From an uncultured Haloferula sp. (GTDB taxonomy: Bacteria > Verrucomicrobiota > Verrucomicrobiia > Verrucomicrobiales > Akkermansiaceae), in the NCBI GenBank assembly GCA_965652295.1, contig CBFGTS010000011.1:101246-165245 (forward strand): a stretch of DNA of 64,000 bases, given 5' to 3'. Under the pieces are notes generated by a model. The model did no database searches and had not been told where the DNA came from. It saw nothing but the letters and a program-made list of their open reading frames with translations. Positions within the stretch are counted from its first letter, which is position 1. Every line of letters begins with the position of its first letter. The translations under genes were made by a program, and so were the position numbers. Shown here piece by piece: positions 36,406 to 47,565 of the stretch.

Positions 36406-38442
36406 ATGAACGAAGCAACATTTCAAGCACCCCAGCCGGAACAGCTGTCAAAGCTTCTGCCCACTCTGGACGTCCAGGCACTGATCGCTCAGGGCGGGAT
36501 GGGAGCGGTCTACAAGGCGAGGCAGAAGTCCTTGGATCGTGACGTCGCGATCAAGGTACTCCCGCGCGAGATCGGCCGGAATCCGGAATTCCGCTTCTCC
36601 TTCGAGACCGAGGCGAAGGCCATGGCGAAGCTGAATCATCGGAACCTCATCGGCGTCTATGATTTCGGAGATGTCGAGGGCATGCCGTACATCGTGATGG
36701 AGTATGTGCACGGCAGTTCCCTCTACGATTCATCCTGGGGAAAGATCGTTGCTCCCGAACAAGCGGTCGCCTTGGTTAGGGCGATCTGCGATGGCCTCGG
36801 GCATGCGCATGAGAACGGCATCCTTCACCGCGACATCAAGCCGGCCAACATCCTTCTCACCCCGAAGGCGGAACCGAAGATCGGAGATTTCGGCTTGGCT
36901 CAATCGATCGACGATGGGGGCGACGGCCTGATCATGGGCACCCCGGGCTACACCGCGCCCGAAGTCATTCTCGGGCATCGGCCCCCCGATCACCGGGCGG
37001 ACATTTACGCCGTGGGTGTGATCCTTCACGAGCTGATCACCGGTCAGGGCCCCGACCCTGGGTATAAGGAGCCCTTCCAAGCCAGCACGGATCCCCGGCT
37101 CGACCAGATCTGGAGCAAGGCCACTGCCCCGGATCCAGCACAGCGCTACTCCTCGGCCTACGACATGGCTGCTGACCTCGACAGCTGGGCCGCGGCTCCG
37201 TCTCTACTCCGGACTGCTGTCGAACCGGTTCCTGCGACCGTGCCGCGTCCTCGCGGGGCTGTTCCGACTGCTTCAGGTGGCGGACGGGTTGTGAAAGTGG
37301 TGGCGATCGCGGTGTTGGCTGCCGTGATCGGCGTCACATGGAACCACCTGAAAAGGGCGAAGCAGGACGTCCGGCACGACAATCAGGAAGTCCAGCGTCG
37401 TGAAGCCTTGAAAGAGCAGCACAAACTCTCCGCCGAGAGGGTGCAAATGGCGGAAGACGAGTCTGCTGAGGCGCACGGAGCCGAGGGGGGGCAGGACGAT
37501 GAAACTCTGGATGAGTCGCTGGCCCGGGTGAAGAAAGCTCTGCTCGCAGGACTCCGGACGCAGATGCCTCTGGGAGCGAAACATCTCGGCGAATCCTACT
37601 TCCTTTTCATCGACAAGCCCATGAGTTGGCAGGAGGCCTCCGCCTTTGCCGAGGCATACGATGGGCATCTCGTGACCCTCACCGAGGAGTTTGGGATCGA
37701 TCAATTGGTCGAGTTCATCCCGGAGAATTTCGCCGTGTGGGTGGGTGTGGGGCGTCTTGATACCGAGCAATGGCTTCAGGTCGACGGGACTCCGTGGCCG
37801 CTTTCCCAGAAGCCGGTGGGGGTGGGCGGATTTGTCAGCCTGGATCGGCTTGGAGTGGCACGCGCTCAACCGCAGCACAGTCGCCTTCCTTTCATCGTGC
37901 AGTGGCGTGCCGATGCCACCAATCCCGGATCTTTGGAAGCGATGTTGCGGCGCGCCAGCGACACGCTGGATGACGACGCACCGAGTTTCCCTCCAGGCAC
38001 CCGTTTTCAAGAGGCACGACGCTTCTGTGTGATTGAGCGCGCCCTGCCGCGCCAGGAGGCGCTGGAGCTTGCGGAGATCTCCGGAGGCAAGCTTGCGGAG
38101 CCTTCCACACGTGAGGAGCAAATCTGGTTGGAAGAGTTCTTTGACCATCTGGAATCTCCCTCCGGATTGTGGCTCGGAGGTGAGAAGAAGGGCGCAAACT
38201 GGGGCTGGCTCTCAGGAGAAGACTGGGGACCGACGGCTTGGTCGGAACAGGCTTTACCCGAGCCCGGAGGCGCAGGCTTGGTGTTCGTGCCCGGCGAGGG
38301 ATGGAAGGATGCTGATCCGGATAGGTCCGCCGCTGGTTTCATCATCGAATGGAGCCATGATGGAGGAACGGGCGTGGTTTCCGATGCTGGGGAACCCGCC
38401 CTCGAACCCGGAGTTGATGGAACTCCTCTTGAGGACGGTTGA
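36406..38442 (+). CDS. Hanks-type Ser/Thr kinase with a TM segment and two C-type-lectin-like domains
   Basis: GGMGAVY, VAIK, HRDIKPAN, DFG, GTPGYTAPE; a TM segment; two repeats of the SWQEA..AE..GGHL / W.G type. Confidence 0.85.
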   Translation: MNEATFQAPQPEQLSKLLPTLDVQALIAQGGMGAVYKARQKSLDRDVAIKVLPREIGRNPEFRFSFETEAKAMAKLNHRNLIGVYDFGDVEGMPYIVMEYVHGSSLYDSSWGKIVAPEQAVALVRAICDGLGHAHENGILHRDIKPANILLTPKAEPKIGDFGLAQSIDDGGDGLIMGTPGYTAPEVILGHRPPDHRADIYAVGVILHELITGQGPDPGYKEPFQASTDPRLDQIWSKATAPDPAQRYSSAYDMAADLDSWAAAPSLLRTAVEPVPATVPRPRGAVPTASGGGRVVKVVAIAVLAAVIGVTWNHLKRAKQDVRHDNQEVQRREALKEQHKLSAERVQMAEDESAEAHGAEGGQDDETLDESLARVKKALLAGLRTQMPLGAKHLGESYFLFIDKPMSWQEASAFAEAYDGHLVTLTEEFGIDQLVEFIPENFAVWVGVGRLDTEQWLQVDGTPWPLSQKPVGVGGFVSLDRLGVARAQPQHSRLPFIVQWRADATNPGSLEAMLRRASDTLDDDAPSFPPGTRFQEARRFCVIERALPRQEALELAEISGGKLAEPSTREEQIWLEEFFDHLESPSGLWLGGEKKGANWGWLSGEDWGPTAWSEQALPEPGGAGLVFVPGEGWKDADPDRSAAGFIIEWSHDGGTGVVSDAGEPALEPGVDGTPLEDG

Positions 38443-38850
38443 GATGCTGCCAGCGGCTGCCAGCAAGTGCGGCGAGCGCTTGCGTCCGGGCGTCGGAGGG
38501 GGCTCCCGCCTGCCGGCCTGAGGAAAGGAAAAACACCGCTGTGCCGTCCCCGGCATTGTGAGCCACGTTCCAGTGTCTCAACAGGTGGGGCGGTTGGTCC
38601 GGTCGCGGACTTCCAGTGAAGGCATGTCCTTGTGGTGGATCCAACGGGATGCCCCGTATTTCATAGAGTCGGTCCGGGCACGTTGCCGTAAGCGGACGAA
38701 CACAGCAGTTGGAAGGAGAATATCCGGAGACCGGGCCTTGGCAAAAGGTTTCGTCAGCCGGCACAGCGCGCTATTACGTAACGCGTCGGGGCGTGATTTT
38801 CCTTGCGCTGGACCGCTTGTGAAACGCCAGCCAAGGTCGCCTTCCAGACG

Positions 38851-39441
38851 ATGAAGATCACCTCCACCGAATTCGAAACAAGCGCGCCGGGCATCGCGGA
38901 CTGCCCGGCTTGGAACCTGCCCGAGTTCGCCTTCATCGGCCGCTCGAACGTCGGGAAATCCTCGCTGCTCAACCTGCTTGCCGGCCGCAAGGGACTGGCG
39001 AAGGTTTCCTCGACGCCGGGGGCCACCCAGTTGATCAATTTTTTCAAGATCAACGACCGATGGGCACTCGTCGACCTTCCAGGATACGGCTACTCGAAGA
39101 CGCCGAAATCGATCCGCGAGGGCTTTCAGGAATCGGTCTCCGGCTACCTGCTCGGCCGCGAAAGCCTGCGTTGTGTGTTCGTCCTGGTCGACTCCCGCCA
39201 CTCGCCGCAACCGATCGATCTTCGGTTCTGTGGCTGGCTCGCGGAGCAGGAAATTCCCTTCGTGCTCGTCTTTACCAAGACCGACAAGCTGAAGGCGGGC
39301 AAGGTGGAGACGAATGTTTCGGCTTTCGTCGAGGCGTTGAAGGAGGTGTGCGCGGGCGAGCCGAGGACGTTCCGCAGTTCGACCAAGAGCGGCGGCGGGC
39401 GGAACGAGATTCTTGAATTCATCGGCCGCGCCCTGCGCTGA
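38851..39441 (+). CDS. engB: Ribosome-biogenesis GTPase EngB/YihA
   Basis: GRSNVGKSS, DLPGYGY, DSRH, TKTDK motifs. Confidence 0.95.
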   Translation: MKITSTEFETSAPGIADCPAWNLPEFAFIGRSNVGKSSLLNLLAGRKGLAKVSSTPGATQLINFFKINDRWALVDLPGYGYSKTPKSIREGFQESVSGYLLGRESLRCVFVLVDSRHSPQPIDLRFCGWLAEQEIPFVLVFTKTDKLKAGKVETNVSAFVEALKEVCAGEPRTFRSSTKSGGGRNEILEFIGRALR

Positions 39442-39449
39442 GGGGACGA

Positions 39450-40862
<1,413 letters not shown>

Positions 40863-40876
40863 GCCGGTGAAATGGA

Positions 40877-41458
40877 TCAGTTGGAAGGAGTGGGATACTG
40901 GTCGAGCAGCCCTTGAGCCTTGTCAGGCGCGACGCCTTCGTGGAAGTCGTCGTTCACCAGACAGACCGGAGCGGTGCCGCAGGAGGCGAGGCATTCGGCG
41001 AACTCGACCGACCAGGTTCCACAGGGTGAGACGGCGATCGGGTGGTGGTGCGGATCGAGCGATTCGCGGTCGATGCCGGTGATTTCGCAGAGTTTGTCCA
41101 TCAGCTCATACGAGCCGCCCATGGCGCAGGAAAGCGTGCGGCAGACGCGGATGTGGAACTTGCCGGGGGCGGACTGGCGGAAGCCGGGGTAGAAGGTCAC
41201 GACCTCCAGCACCTGAACCGGCTCGATCCCGATGCGCTGGGCGGTCCACTGGATGCCCTCGGCGGAGATGAAGCCGTGCTTGTGCTGGATGTGATGGAGG
41301 ATCGGCAGCACGGCCGAGCGCTTGCGGTCCTCCGGGAACTGGGCGAGGCGTTTGGCGGCCTCGGCTTCCAGAGCCTCATCGGCGGCAAAGGGCGGAAAGT
41401 GCTTCGTCCCCGGCGTTTCCGGGGAGGCGATCAAGGACTCGAGGGAGCTGGCGGACAT
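40877..41458 (-). CDS. nuoE: NADH-quinone oxidoreductase subunit E
   Basis: EVVTFY, CRTLSC, ECLASCGTAP [2Fe-2S] motifs. Confidence 0.93.
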   Translation of the reverse strand: MSASSLESLIASPETPGTKHFPPFAADEALEAEAAKRLAQFPEDRKRSAVLPILHHIQHKHGFISAEGIQWTAQRIGIEPVQVLEVVTFYPGFRQSAPGKFHIRVCRTLSCAMGGSYELMDKLCEITGIDRESLDPHHHPIAVSPCGTWSVEFAECLASCGTAPVCLVNDDFHEGVAPDKAQGLLDQYPTPSN

Positions 41459-41484
41459 GGTGGAGAGTCGGATTTCGGGGAAAG

Positions 41485-42183
41485 TCAGTCGGCAAGGAGC
41501 TTGTCGAGCTGTGGCAGAAGACTGTAGGCGTTTCCTTCGGAGAGGATCTTGCCTTGGAGGTCGGTCACGACGAGGTAGGGAATGCCTCTGCCCTTGTCGG
41601 GGTGTTCCTCATCGAAATCCTCGACCTTGCGGAGTTTCAGGTGGGGCCATGGCATTTCCTTGTCCGCGGCGTATTCCTCCATGGCGTCCTCGCTGCTGTC
41701 GCTGGTGATCAGGACGATCTCGAAAGTGTCATTCTTCTTGTCCTGGTAATACTTCACCAGCTGGGGCGTGAACTTCTGACAAGGTCCGCACCAGGAGGCG
41801 GTGCGATAGAAGACGTAGTGCTTGGTTGGAGCCTTGAACTCCTTCAGCCGCTTGAGGCGCTTGCCGTCGAGTAGGAGCAAATTGCCATCGAACAGCTCGT
41901 CGAACACGCTGGGACCCGCCTCAGCCGCTTCGCTTGATTCTCCGCTCTCCGACCACTCCTGCAGTTTCGTGGCGGACTCTTCGGAAAGCTGCGAAGCGGC
42001 CACTTCGACGGTCTGGCCGTTGCGCATGCGGAAGGTGCCGATCACGTCGCCATCCTTTTCGGTCTTCGAAACGAGTTCGAGATCGACGGTTTTGCCGTCC
42101 TTGTTGGTCCACGGCTCGAAGTCCGCCGCGGCGAGGCCGCTGAGGGCGAGGGAAAGGAAAATGAGGGATTTCATGGCCTGCAT
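41485..42183 (-). CDS. Exported thioredoxin-like protein with an N-terminal SHD1-like domain
   Basis: Signal peptide, WTNKDGKTV...LSEES (SHD1-like), ASWCGPC, MPWP, GIP. Confidence 0.8.
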   Translation of the reverse strand: MQAMKSLIFLSLALSGLAAADFEPWTNKDGKTVDLELVSKTEKDGDVIGTFRMRNGQTVEVAASQLSEESATKLQEWSESGESSEAAEAGPSVFDELFDGNLLLLDGKRLKRLKEFKAPTKHYVFYRTASWCGPCQKFTPQLVKYYQDKKNDTFEIVLITSDSSEDAMEEYAADKEMPWPHLKLRKVEDFDEEHPDKGRGIPYLVVTDLQGKILSEGNAYSLLPQLDKLLAD

Positions 42184-42192
42184 TCCGTAGCA

Positions 42193-43443
42193 TCAACGGT
42201 CACATTCGCCCATCACGAAGTCGAGCGAGCCGAGGATGGCGGGGATGTCAGAAACCATGTGGCCCGGCAGCAGTTTGGAGCAGATCGAAAGGTTGCAGAA
42301 GGAGGGGCTGCGGATCTTCAGCCGGTTCGGCACCCCGCCGCCGGTCGAGTGGATGTAGAAACCAAGCTCTCCCTTCGGATTCTCCGCACCGAAGTAGACT
42401 TCGCCAGCCGGGGCGTCGATGCCCTGGGTGGCGACGATGAAGTGGTGGATCAGTTCCTCCATGGACATCATCACACGCTCCTTGGCGGGCAGCATGCTCT
42501 TCTCATGGACGAGGTTCACCGGGCCATCGGGCATGGTGTCGAGGACCTGCTTGATGATCCGGATGGACTGGCGCATTTCCTCCATCCGCACCTGGTAGCG
42601 GGCGTAGCAGTCGCCTTCGTCGGCCACCACCACGTCGAAATCGTAGTTCTCGTAGCCGAGGTACGGACGGTCCTTGCGGAGATCCCGCGCCACGCCGGAA
42701 CCGCGGAGATTCGGCCCGGTGATGCCGTAGGCGATCGCGTTCTCCGGCCCGATCACACCGATGTCGCACATCCGGTCGCGGAAGATCTTGTTGCCATTGA
42801 GCAGGCGGCCGACCTCATCGAGGGTCACCTCGCACTCGTCGAGGAACTTGCGGACGGTGGCTTCGAAGCCCGGCGGCATGTCGCGGAGCTGGCCGCCGAC
42901 GCGGGTGTAGGAGGTGGTGAAACGAGCACCGGTGAGCTGCTCGCACATGTTGTAGATTTTTTCCCGCTCGGTGAAGGTGTAGAGGAAAACGGTCATCGCG
43001 CCCACGTCCATGGCGCAGACGCCGACGCCGAGCATGTGGGAGGAGATGCGCGCGAGTTCGCAGCACAGCACCCGCAGCGCCTGGCCGCGGGGCGGGAGCT
43101 CCCAGCCCATCAGCTTTTCCACCGCACAGGCGTAGGCCACGTTGTTGGCCAGCGGGGCAAGGTAGTCGAGCCGGTCCGTGTAGGGCACGAACTGGTTGTA
43201 GTGCATGTTCTCTGCGATCTTTTCATCGCCACGGTGGAGGAAGCCGATGTCCGGATCCGCCTTGGTGATGACCTCGCCGTCCAGTTCCAGCACCAAACGC
43301 AGCACCCCGTGCGTGGCGGGGTGGGAGGGGCCCATGTTCAGGACCATCTTTTCCCCCATCAGGTCCTCGGTCTCCGAGTGGTAGTCGGCGAGTTTCGAGG
43401 CGACGTCGGGAGCTTCGTATTCGGTGGAAGTCGGGCTGCTCAT
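42193..43443 (-). CDS. nuoD: NADH-quinone oxidoreductase subunit D
   Basis: NMGPSHPATHGVLRL, DRLDY, ENPKGELG, GECDR motifs. Confidence 0.96.
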   Translation of the reverse strand: MSSPTSTEYEAPDVASKLADYHSETEDLMGEKMVLNMGPSHPATHGVLRLVLELDGEVITKADPDIGFLHRGDEKIAENMHYNQFVPYTDRLDYLAPLANNVAYACAVEKLMGWELPPRGQALRVLCCELARISSHMLGVGVCAMDVGAMTVFLYTFTEREKIYNMCEQLTGARFTTSYTRVGGQLRDMPPGFEATVRKFLDECEVTLDEVGRLLNGNKIFRDRMCDIGVIGPENAIAYGITGPNLRGSGVARDLRKDRPYLGYENYDFDVVVADEGDCYARYQVRMEEMRQSIRIIKQVLDTMPDGPVNLVHEKSMLPAKERVMMSMEELIHHFIVATQGIDAPAGEVYFGAENPKGELGFYIHSTGGGVPNRLKIRSPSFCNLSICSKLLPGHMVSDIPAILGSLDFVMGECDR

Positions 43444-43500
43444 GAAAGGTCGCGGCGGCGGGAGGAATAAGGATTCAATCGACCGACACCCGCAAGGGGT

Positions 43501-43518
43501 TTGTGAAACTTTTCACAA
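43501..43518. promoter_or_regulatory. Rex-type operator upstream of nuoD
   Basis: TTGTGAA-ACTT-TTCACAA, a perfect match to the TTGTGAA-N4-TTCACAA consensus. Confidence 0.75.
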
Positions 43519-43568
43519 AGTCGCGGAGGTGGCTCCCGACGCAGGTTCAGGAGCCGTAAAGCGGGGAA

Positions 43569-46004
43569 TCAGACCTCGACCTGGCCCTTGTCGAGCAGGG
43601 TCGATTCGATGACCTGCTTGCGCAGGTTCTTCTTGCGTGCGGCGATCAGGACGATCGGCGAGGCGACGAAGATCGACGAGTAGGTGCCGACGACGAGACC
43701 GATGAGGATCATCACCGAGAAATCGCGCAGACCGGAGCTGCCGAAGATGGCGAGGATGACGACGGTGAAGATGGTCGTCAGCGAGGTGAGCATCGTCCGC
43801 GAGAGGGTCGCGTTGAGCGCGGCGTTCATGATGTCCTTGATGCGCCCGGTTTCGACGAGGAGGTCCTCGCGGATGCGGTCGAAGACGATGATGGTGTCGT
43901 TGATCGAGTAACCGGCGATGGTGAGGATGGCGCCGACGTGGATCAGCGAAAGCTCGCCGCCGAGGAAGATCACGAGACCGACGGCGATCACGACGTCGTG
44001 GAGAAGGGCGGCGAAGGCACCGAGTGCGAAGGCGAACTCGAAGCGCAGGGCGATGTAGATGAAGATGGCGAGCAAGCCAATGCCAAGGGCGATGCTGGAG
44101 TTTACGAGGAAGGCACCGCCTGCGGTGGCGGAAACGGATTCGACGGTGGCTTCCACGAGATACTTGGTGCCGTTGGAACCTTCTTCGGTGGGAATCCGTG
44201 TGGCGAGGGGGTCAGGGAAGGCTTCGCGAAGTTCCGCCTCCACCGCAGCGGCGTCTTCCGAGGCGCAACGGATGGTGAGAAGTTCGCCGCTGCCGGGCAC
44301 CTGCTCTTCCTGAACGACCGGTTTGGAGACGGTATTGAGATCCTTCAGGGCGTTCTCCGCATCGGCATGGCGGATGCCGTCAGAGCCTTCGGGAAACTGG
44401 AAGCTGATGAGGCTGCCGCCGGTGAAGTCCACGCCAAGGGCGGCGTCTTTTTTGAACACCATGGTGCCGAGGCAGAAGATCACGAGGATCGAGGAAAACG
44501 CGAGCGAGATGCGCCGCTTGCCGAGGAAGTCGAAGGCGGACTTGCGGAAGAAATTCAGCAGGGTGACTTTCTTCATCATGCCGGTGTCGAGCATCCAGCG
44601 GAAGATCACGCGGGTGACGAGGATCGCGGAAAACATCGAGCCCAACAGACCGATGGTCAGGGTGACGGCGAAGCCGGCGACGGTGCCGCTGGCTTTCCAG
44701 AAGAGGATGACCGCGGTGATCAGCGAGGTGATGTTCGAGTCGAAAATCGCCGAGAATGCCTTGGCATAGGCGGTATCGATGGCGGTGCGCAGCGATTTGC
44801 CGTTCTCGATTTCCTCCCGCAGGCGTTCGTAGATGAGGACGTTGGCGTCCACGGCCATGCCGATGGTCAGGATGATGCCCGCGATGCCCGGGAGGGTGAA
44901 GGTGAAGTTGAACATCGCCATCGCGCCGAAGATGATCAGCGAATTCACGATCAGGGCGAGGACCGCGATGAGGCCGACGGCGCGGTAGTAGAAGAACAGG
45001 AAGACCGCGGTGAAAGCCAGGCCTGCGATGCCGGCGGTGAGGCCCTGCTTGACCACGGCGGCACCGAGCGTCGGGGCGACCGACCGTTCTTCGGCGATTT
45101 CCAAAGCGTTCTGCAGCGGGTTGAGGAGCTGGCCGGCAAGTTTGTCGGCGTCGCTGAACGAGTCCTGCCCTTGGATCACGAAATTCTGCCCCAGAGGGAC
45201 GGTCTGCACGACTGGAGCGGTGAGGATTTCTCCATCGAGCAGGACGGCGATCCGATCGACGCCCGGGGTCATCCCCTGGGTGAGGCTGACCATTTTATCG
45301 CCTCCCTCGGAAGTCAGCTTGATGCCGACCTGGTGGTCGGCACCCGCGGATTGCGGCCAGGCATCGGCCACGTCGGAGCCGCTGATGGCGGTGCGCTTGC
45401 TGAGGAGAAGATAATCGGTGAACAGTTCACCATCGCGATCTTCGCCCTTGTGCTCGAATGCGGCATAGCCCGGAACCACTTCCTCGCCTTCGAAGACAGC
45501 TCGGGCGATGGCGGAACCTTCACGGCTGACCTCCCGGAGTTCGAGTTTGGCGACTTTCTGGAGCTGGGTACGGACTTCGGAGGCCACCTCCGGCTCCATG
45601 CCGGGCATCTGGACGATGATGGTATCGGTGCCGCTGCTCACCACCAGAGGATCGGAGGTGCCCATGGCATTGAGCCGCTTTTCGATGACCCGCACGGCTT
45701 CATCGAGGTCGCGTTGGCGCAGGGGAATGACTTCGCCGGTGGTTTCGTCGACGTTCGGCTTCACCTTCAGGGTGAAGGCGGAGCCACCGACGATGTCGAT
45801 GCCGCCCTTGAGGCTGTCCTTCGGCGGCCATAGTGCGAGAGCGGACAACGCGCAGATGCCGAGCGTGAGCACGGAGCCGACATTGCGTTTCCGCCGATCC
45901 GACTCGGTGGCGAAATACCAGATGAAGAGGATGAGCAGCGCCAGTCCGGAAAGGAACAGGGCCAGCGGATCGGAAATCAGGGTGACGCCGAGAACGGGAG
46001 CCAT
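43569..46004 (-). CDS. secDF: Fused protein translocase subunit SecDF
   Basis: TLPGIAGIILTIGMAVDANVLIYERLREE (SecD); GVDFTGG and GYSINDTIIVFDRIRE (SecF). Confidence 0.95.
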   Translation of the reverse strand: MAPVLGVTLISDPLALFLSGLALLILFIWYFATESDRRKRNVGSVLTLGICALSALALWPPKDSLKGGIDIVGGSAFTLKVKPNVDETTGEVIPLRQRDLDEAVRVIEKRLNAMGTSDPLVVSSGTDTIIVQMPGMEPEVASEVRTQLQKVAKLELREVSREGSAIARAVFEGEEVVPGYAAFEHKGEDRDGELFTDYLLLSKRTAISGSDVADAWPQSAGADHQVGIKLTSEGGDKMVSLTQGMTPGVDRIAVLLDGEILTAPVVQTVPLGQNFVIQGQDSFSDADKLAGQLLNPLQNALEIAEERSVAPTLGAAVVKQGLTAGIAGLAFTAVFLFFYYRAVGLIAVLALIVNSLIIFGAMAMFNFTFTLPGIAGIILTIGMAVDANVLIYERLREEIENGKSLRTAIDTAYAKAFSAIFDSNITSLITAVILFWKASGTVAGFAVTLTIGLLGSMFSAILVTRVIFRWMLDTGMMKKVTLLNFFRKSAFDFLGKRRISLAFSSILVIFCLGTMVFKKDAALGVDFTGGSLISFQFPEGSDGIRHADAENALKDLNTVSKPVVQEEQVPGSGELLTIRCASEDAAAVEAELREAFPDPLATRIPTEEGSNGTKYLVEATVESVSATAGGAFLVNSSIALGIGLLAIFIYIALRFEFAFALGAFAALLHDVVIAVGLVIFLGGELSLIHVGAILTIAGYSINDTIIVFDRIREDLLVETGRIKDIMNAALNATLSRTMLTSLTTIFTVVILAIFGSSGLRDFSVMILIGLVVGTYSSIFVASPIVLIAARKKNLRKQVIESTLLDKGQVEV

Positions 46005-46022
46005 CGTAGGTCGGGGAGCGGG

Positions 46023-46379
46023 TTATTTCGATTCGGCGACTTTCGCCTCGGCGGCCGGAGCGTCCTTCTTGTGGACGGACGCGATGGCCTGCTTGTCAAA
46101 CTCGATCATGGTGCCTTCGGCGACCTTGAGAGTGACGGTCTTGTCCTTGATGTGGTGGACCAGCGCGTGGATCCCGGCGGTGGTGATCACGCGATCGCCG
46201 GTCTTGATCGAGTCGATCCGCTGCTGGAGTTCCTTGCGCTGCTTCTGCTGCGGCCGGATGAGCAGGAAGTAGAACATGATGATCATCAGGACCATCATGA
46301 CGAGCGGATTGCCAAAGAGGCCGCCGGGCTTGTCGGCTGCGTCTTGAGCGAGGAACTGGAGGGCGAGGAGCGTGGTCAT
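46023..46379 (-). CDS. yajC: Preprotein translocase subunit YajC
   Basis: FYFLLIRPQQK and GDRVITTAGI motifs; start overlaps the tgt stop (ATGA). Confidence 0.92.
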   Translation of the reverse strand: MTTLLALQFLAQDAADKPGGLFGNPLVMMVLMIIMFYFLLIRPQQKQRKELQQRIDSIKTGDRVITTAGIHALVHHIKDKTVTLKVAEGTMIEFDKQAIASVHKKDAPAAEAKVAESK

Positions 46380-47497
46380 GCCTTGGTATATCGGCGGATG
46401 AAGGAGTCTTTGAATTCGAGGTAGTTTCCGGCCTCGATCGCAGTCCGGGCTTGGGCGGCGAGAGCGAGGAGGAAATGCAGGTTGTGAAAGGAAAGCAACC
46501 GCAAAGCGAGGATTTCCCCGGCGCGGAAAAGGTGCCGGATGTAGGCCCGCGAAAACCTCGCGACGTGTGGGTGCGCGGACTCGCAAAGGGGTCGTGCATC
46601 GCGCTCGAATTCGAGGTTTTTGATGTGGATCGGTCCGTCGAGCGTGAAGGCCTGTCCATGGCGGGCGACGCGGGTGGGCATCACGCAATCGAACATGTCC
46701 ACGCCGCGGGCGATCATCTCGAGGATCTGGGGTGGCGTGCCGAGTCCCATGGCGTAGCGCGGCTTGGACTCCGGGAGGAAAGGCACGCTGTGTTCGATGG
46801 CGCGGAACATTTCCGCCTCGGGCTCGCCGACCGAAACGCCGCCGATCGCATAGCCGTCGAAATCCAGCTCGACGAGTTCGCGCGCGGATTGCTCGCGCAG
46901 CTCGGCCCAGACGGAGCCCTGGACGATGCCGAAATGGCGCTGGCGGCCGTCGCCGGACTTTGGCTCGTTCGCGCTGACCCACTCCTTGCAGCGGCGGGCC
47001 CAGCGGGTGGTGAGGGCGAGCGAGTTCTCGGCGTATTTCCGCTCGCAGGGGTAGGGCGGGCATTCGTCGAAGAGCATCGCGATGTCCGAGCCGAGGGAGG
47101 CCTGGATTTCCATGCTCAACTCGGGCGTGAGAAGCATCTTCGCGCCGTCGAGGTGGTTCTGGAAACGGACGCCTTCCTCGGTGATCTTGCGCAGCTTGGC
47201 GAGCGACCAGACCTGGAAGCCGCCCGAATCGGTGAGGATCGGCTTTTTCCAGTCGGCGAAACCGTGGAGTCCGCCGAAATCGCGGATCAGCTCGTGACCC
47301 GGACGCAGCCAGAGGTGGTAGGTATTGCCGAGAATGATCTGGGCACCGAGCAGGTCGAGTTCGTCCGGGTGGAGGGTTTTGACCGAGCCCTGGGTGCCGA
47401 CCGGCATGAAGATCGGCGTCTCGACCACGCCGTGGGCGAGGCTCATGCGGCCGGTGCGGGCCTTGCTGGCGGGATCGCGATGGAGAACCTCGAACAT
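46376..47497 (-). CDS. tgt: Queuine tRNA-ribosyltransferase
   Basis: TPIFMPVGT, NTYHL, TDSGGFQ, FDEC, DMFDCVMPTR motifs. Confidence 0.97.
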   Translation of the reverse strand: MFEVLHRDPASKARTGRMSLAHGVVETPIFMPVGTQGSVKTLHPDELDLLGAQIILGNTYHLWLRPGHELIRDFGGLHGFADWKKPILTDSGGFQVWSLAKLRKITEEGVRFQNHLDGAKMLLTPELSMEIQASLGSDIAMLFDECPPYPCERKYAENSLALTTRWARRCKEWVSANEPKSGDGRQRHFGIVQGSVWAELREQSARELVELDFDGYAIGGVSVGEPEAEMFRAIEHSVPFLPESKPRYAMGLGTPPQILEMIARGVDMFDCVMPTRVARHGQAFTLDGPIHIKNLEFERDARPLCESAHPHVARFSRAYIRHLFRAGEILALRLLSFHNLHFLLALAAQARTAIEAGNYLEFKDSFIRRYTKA

Positions 47498-47565
47498 GCG
47501 GGTGGAGCAAGAAAAACGGGCGGACCCTTTTCAAGGATCCGCCCGTCGGAAAAACATGGGCCGGA

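Noticed and set aside
38380..38560. Frameshifted continuation of the kinase gene
   Set aside because: Downstream frames are short and motif-free, and the protein ends after a complete second repeat and a linker.
46023..47534. Apparent fusions or long N-terminal extensions in the ORF track (also 347..2320, 377..1894, 12414..13553, 20345..21490)
   Set aside because: These are artefacts of taking the first start codon; the real genes (yajC, pgk, eda, pstB2, gpsA) start internally.
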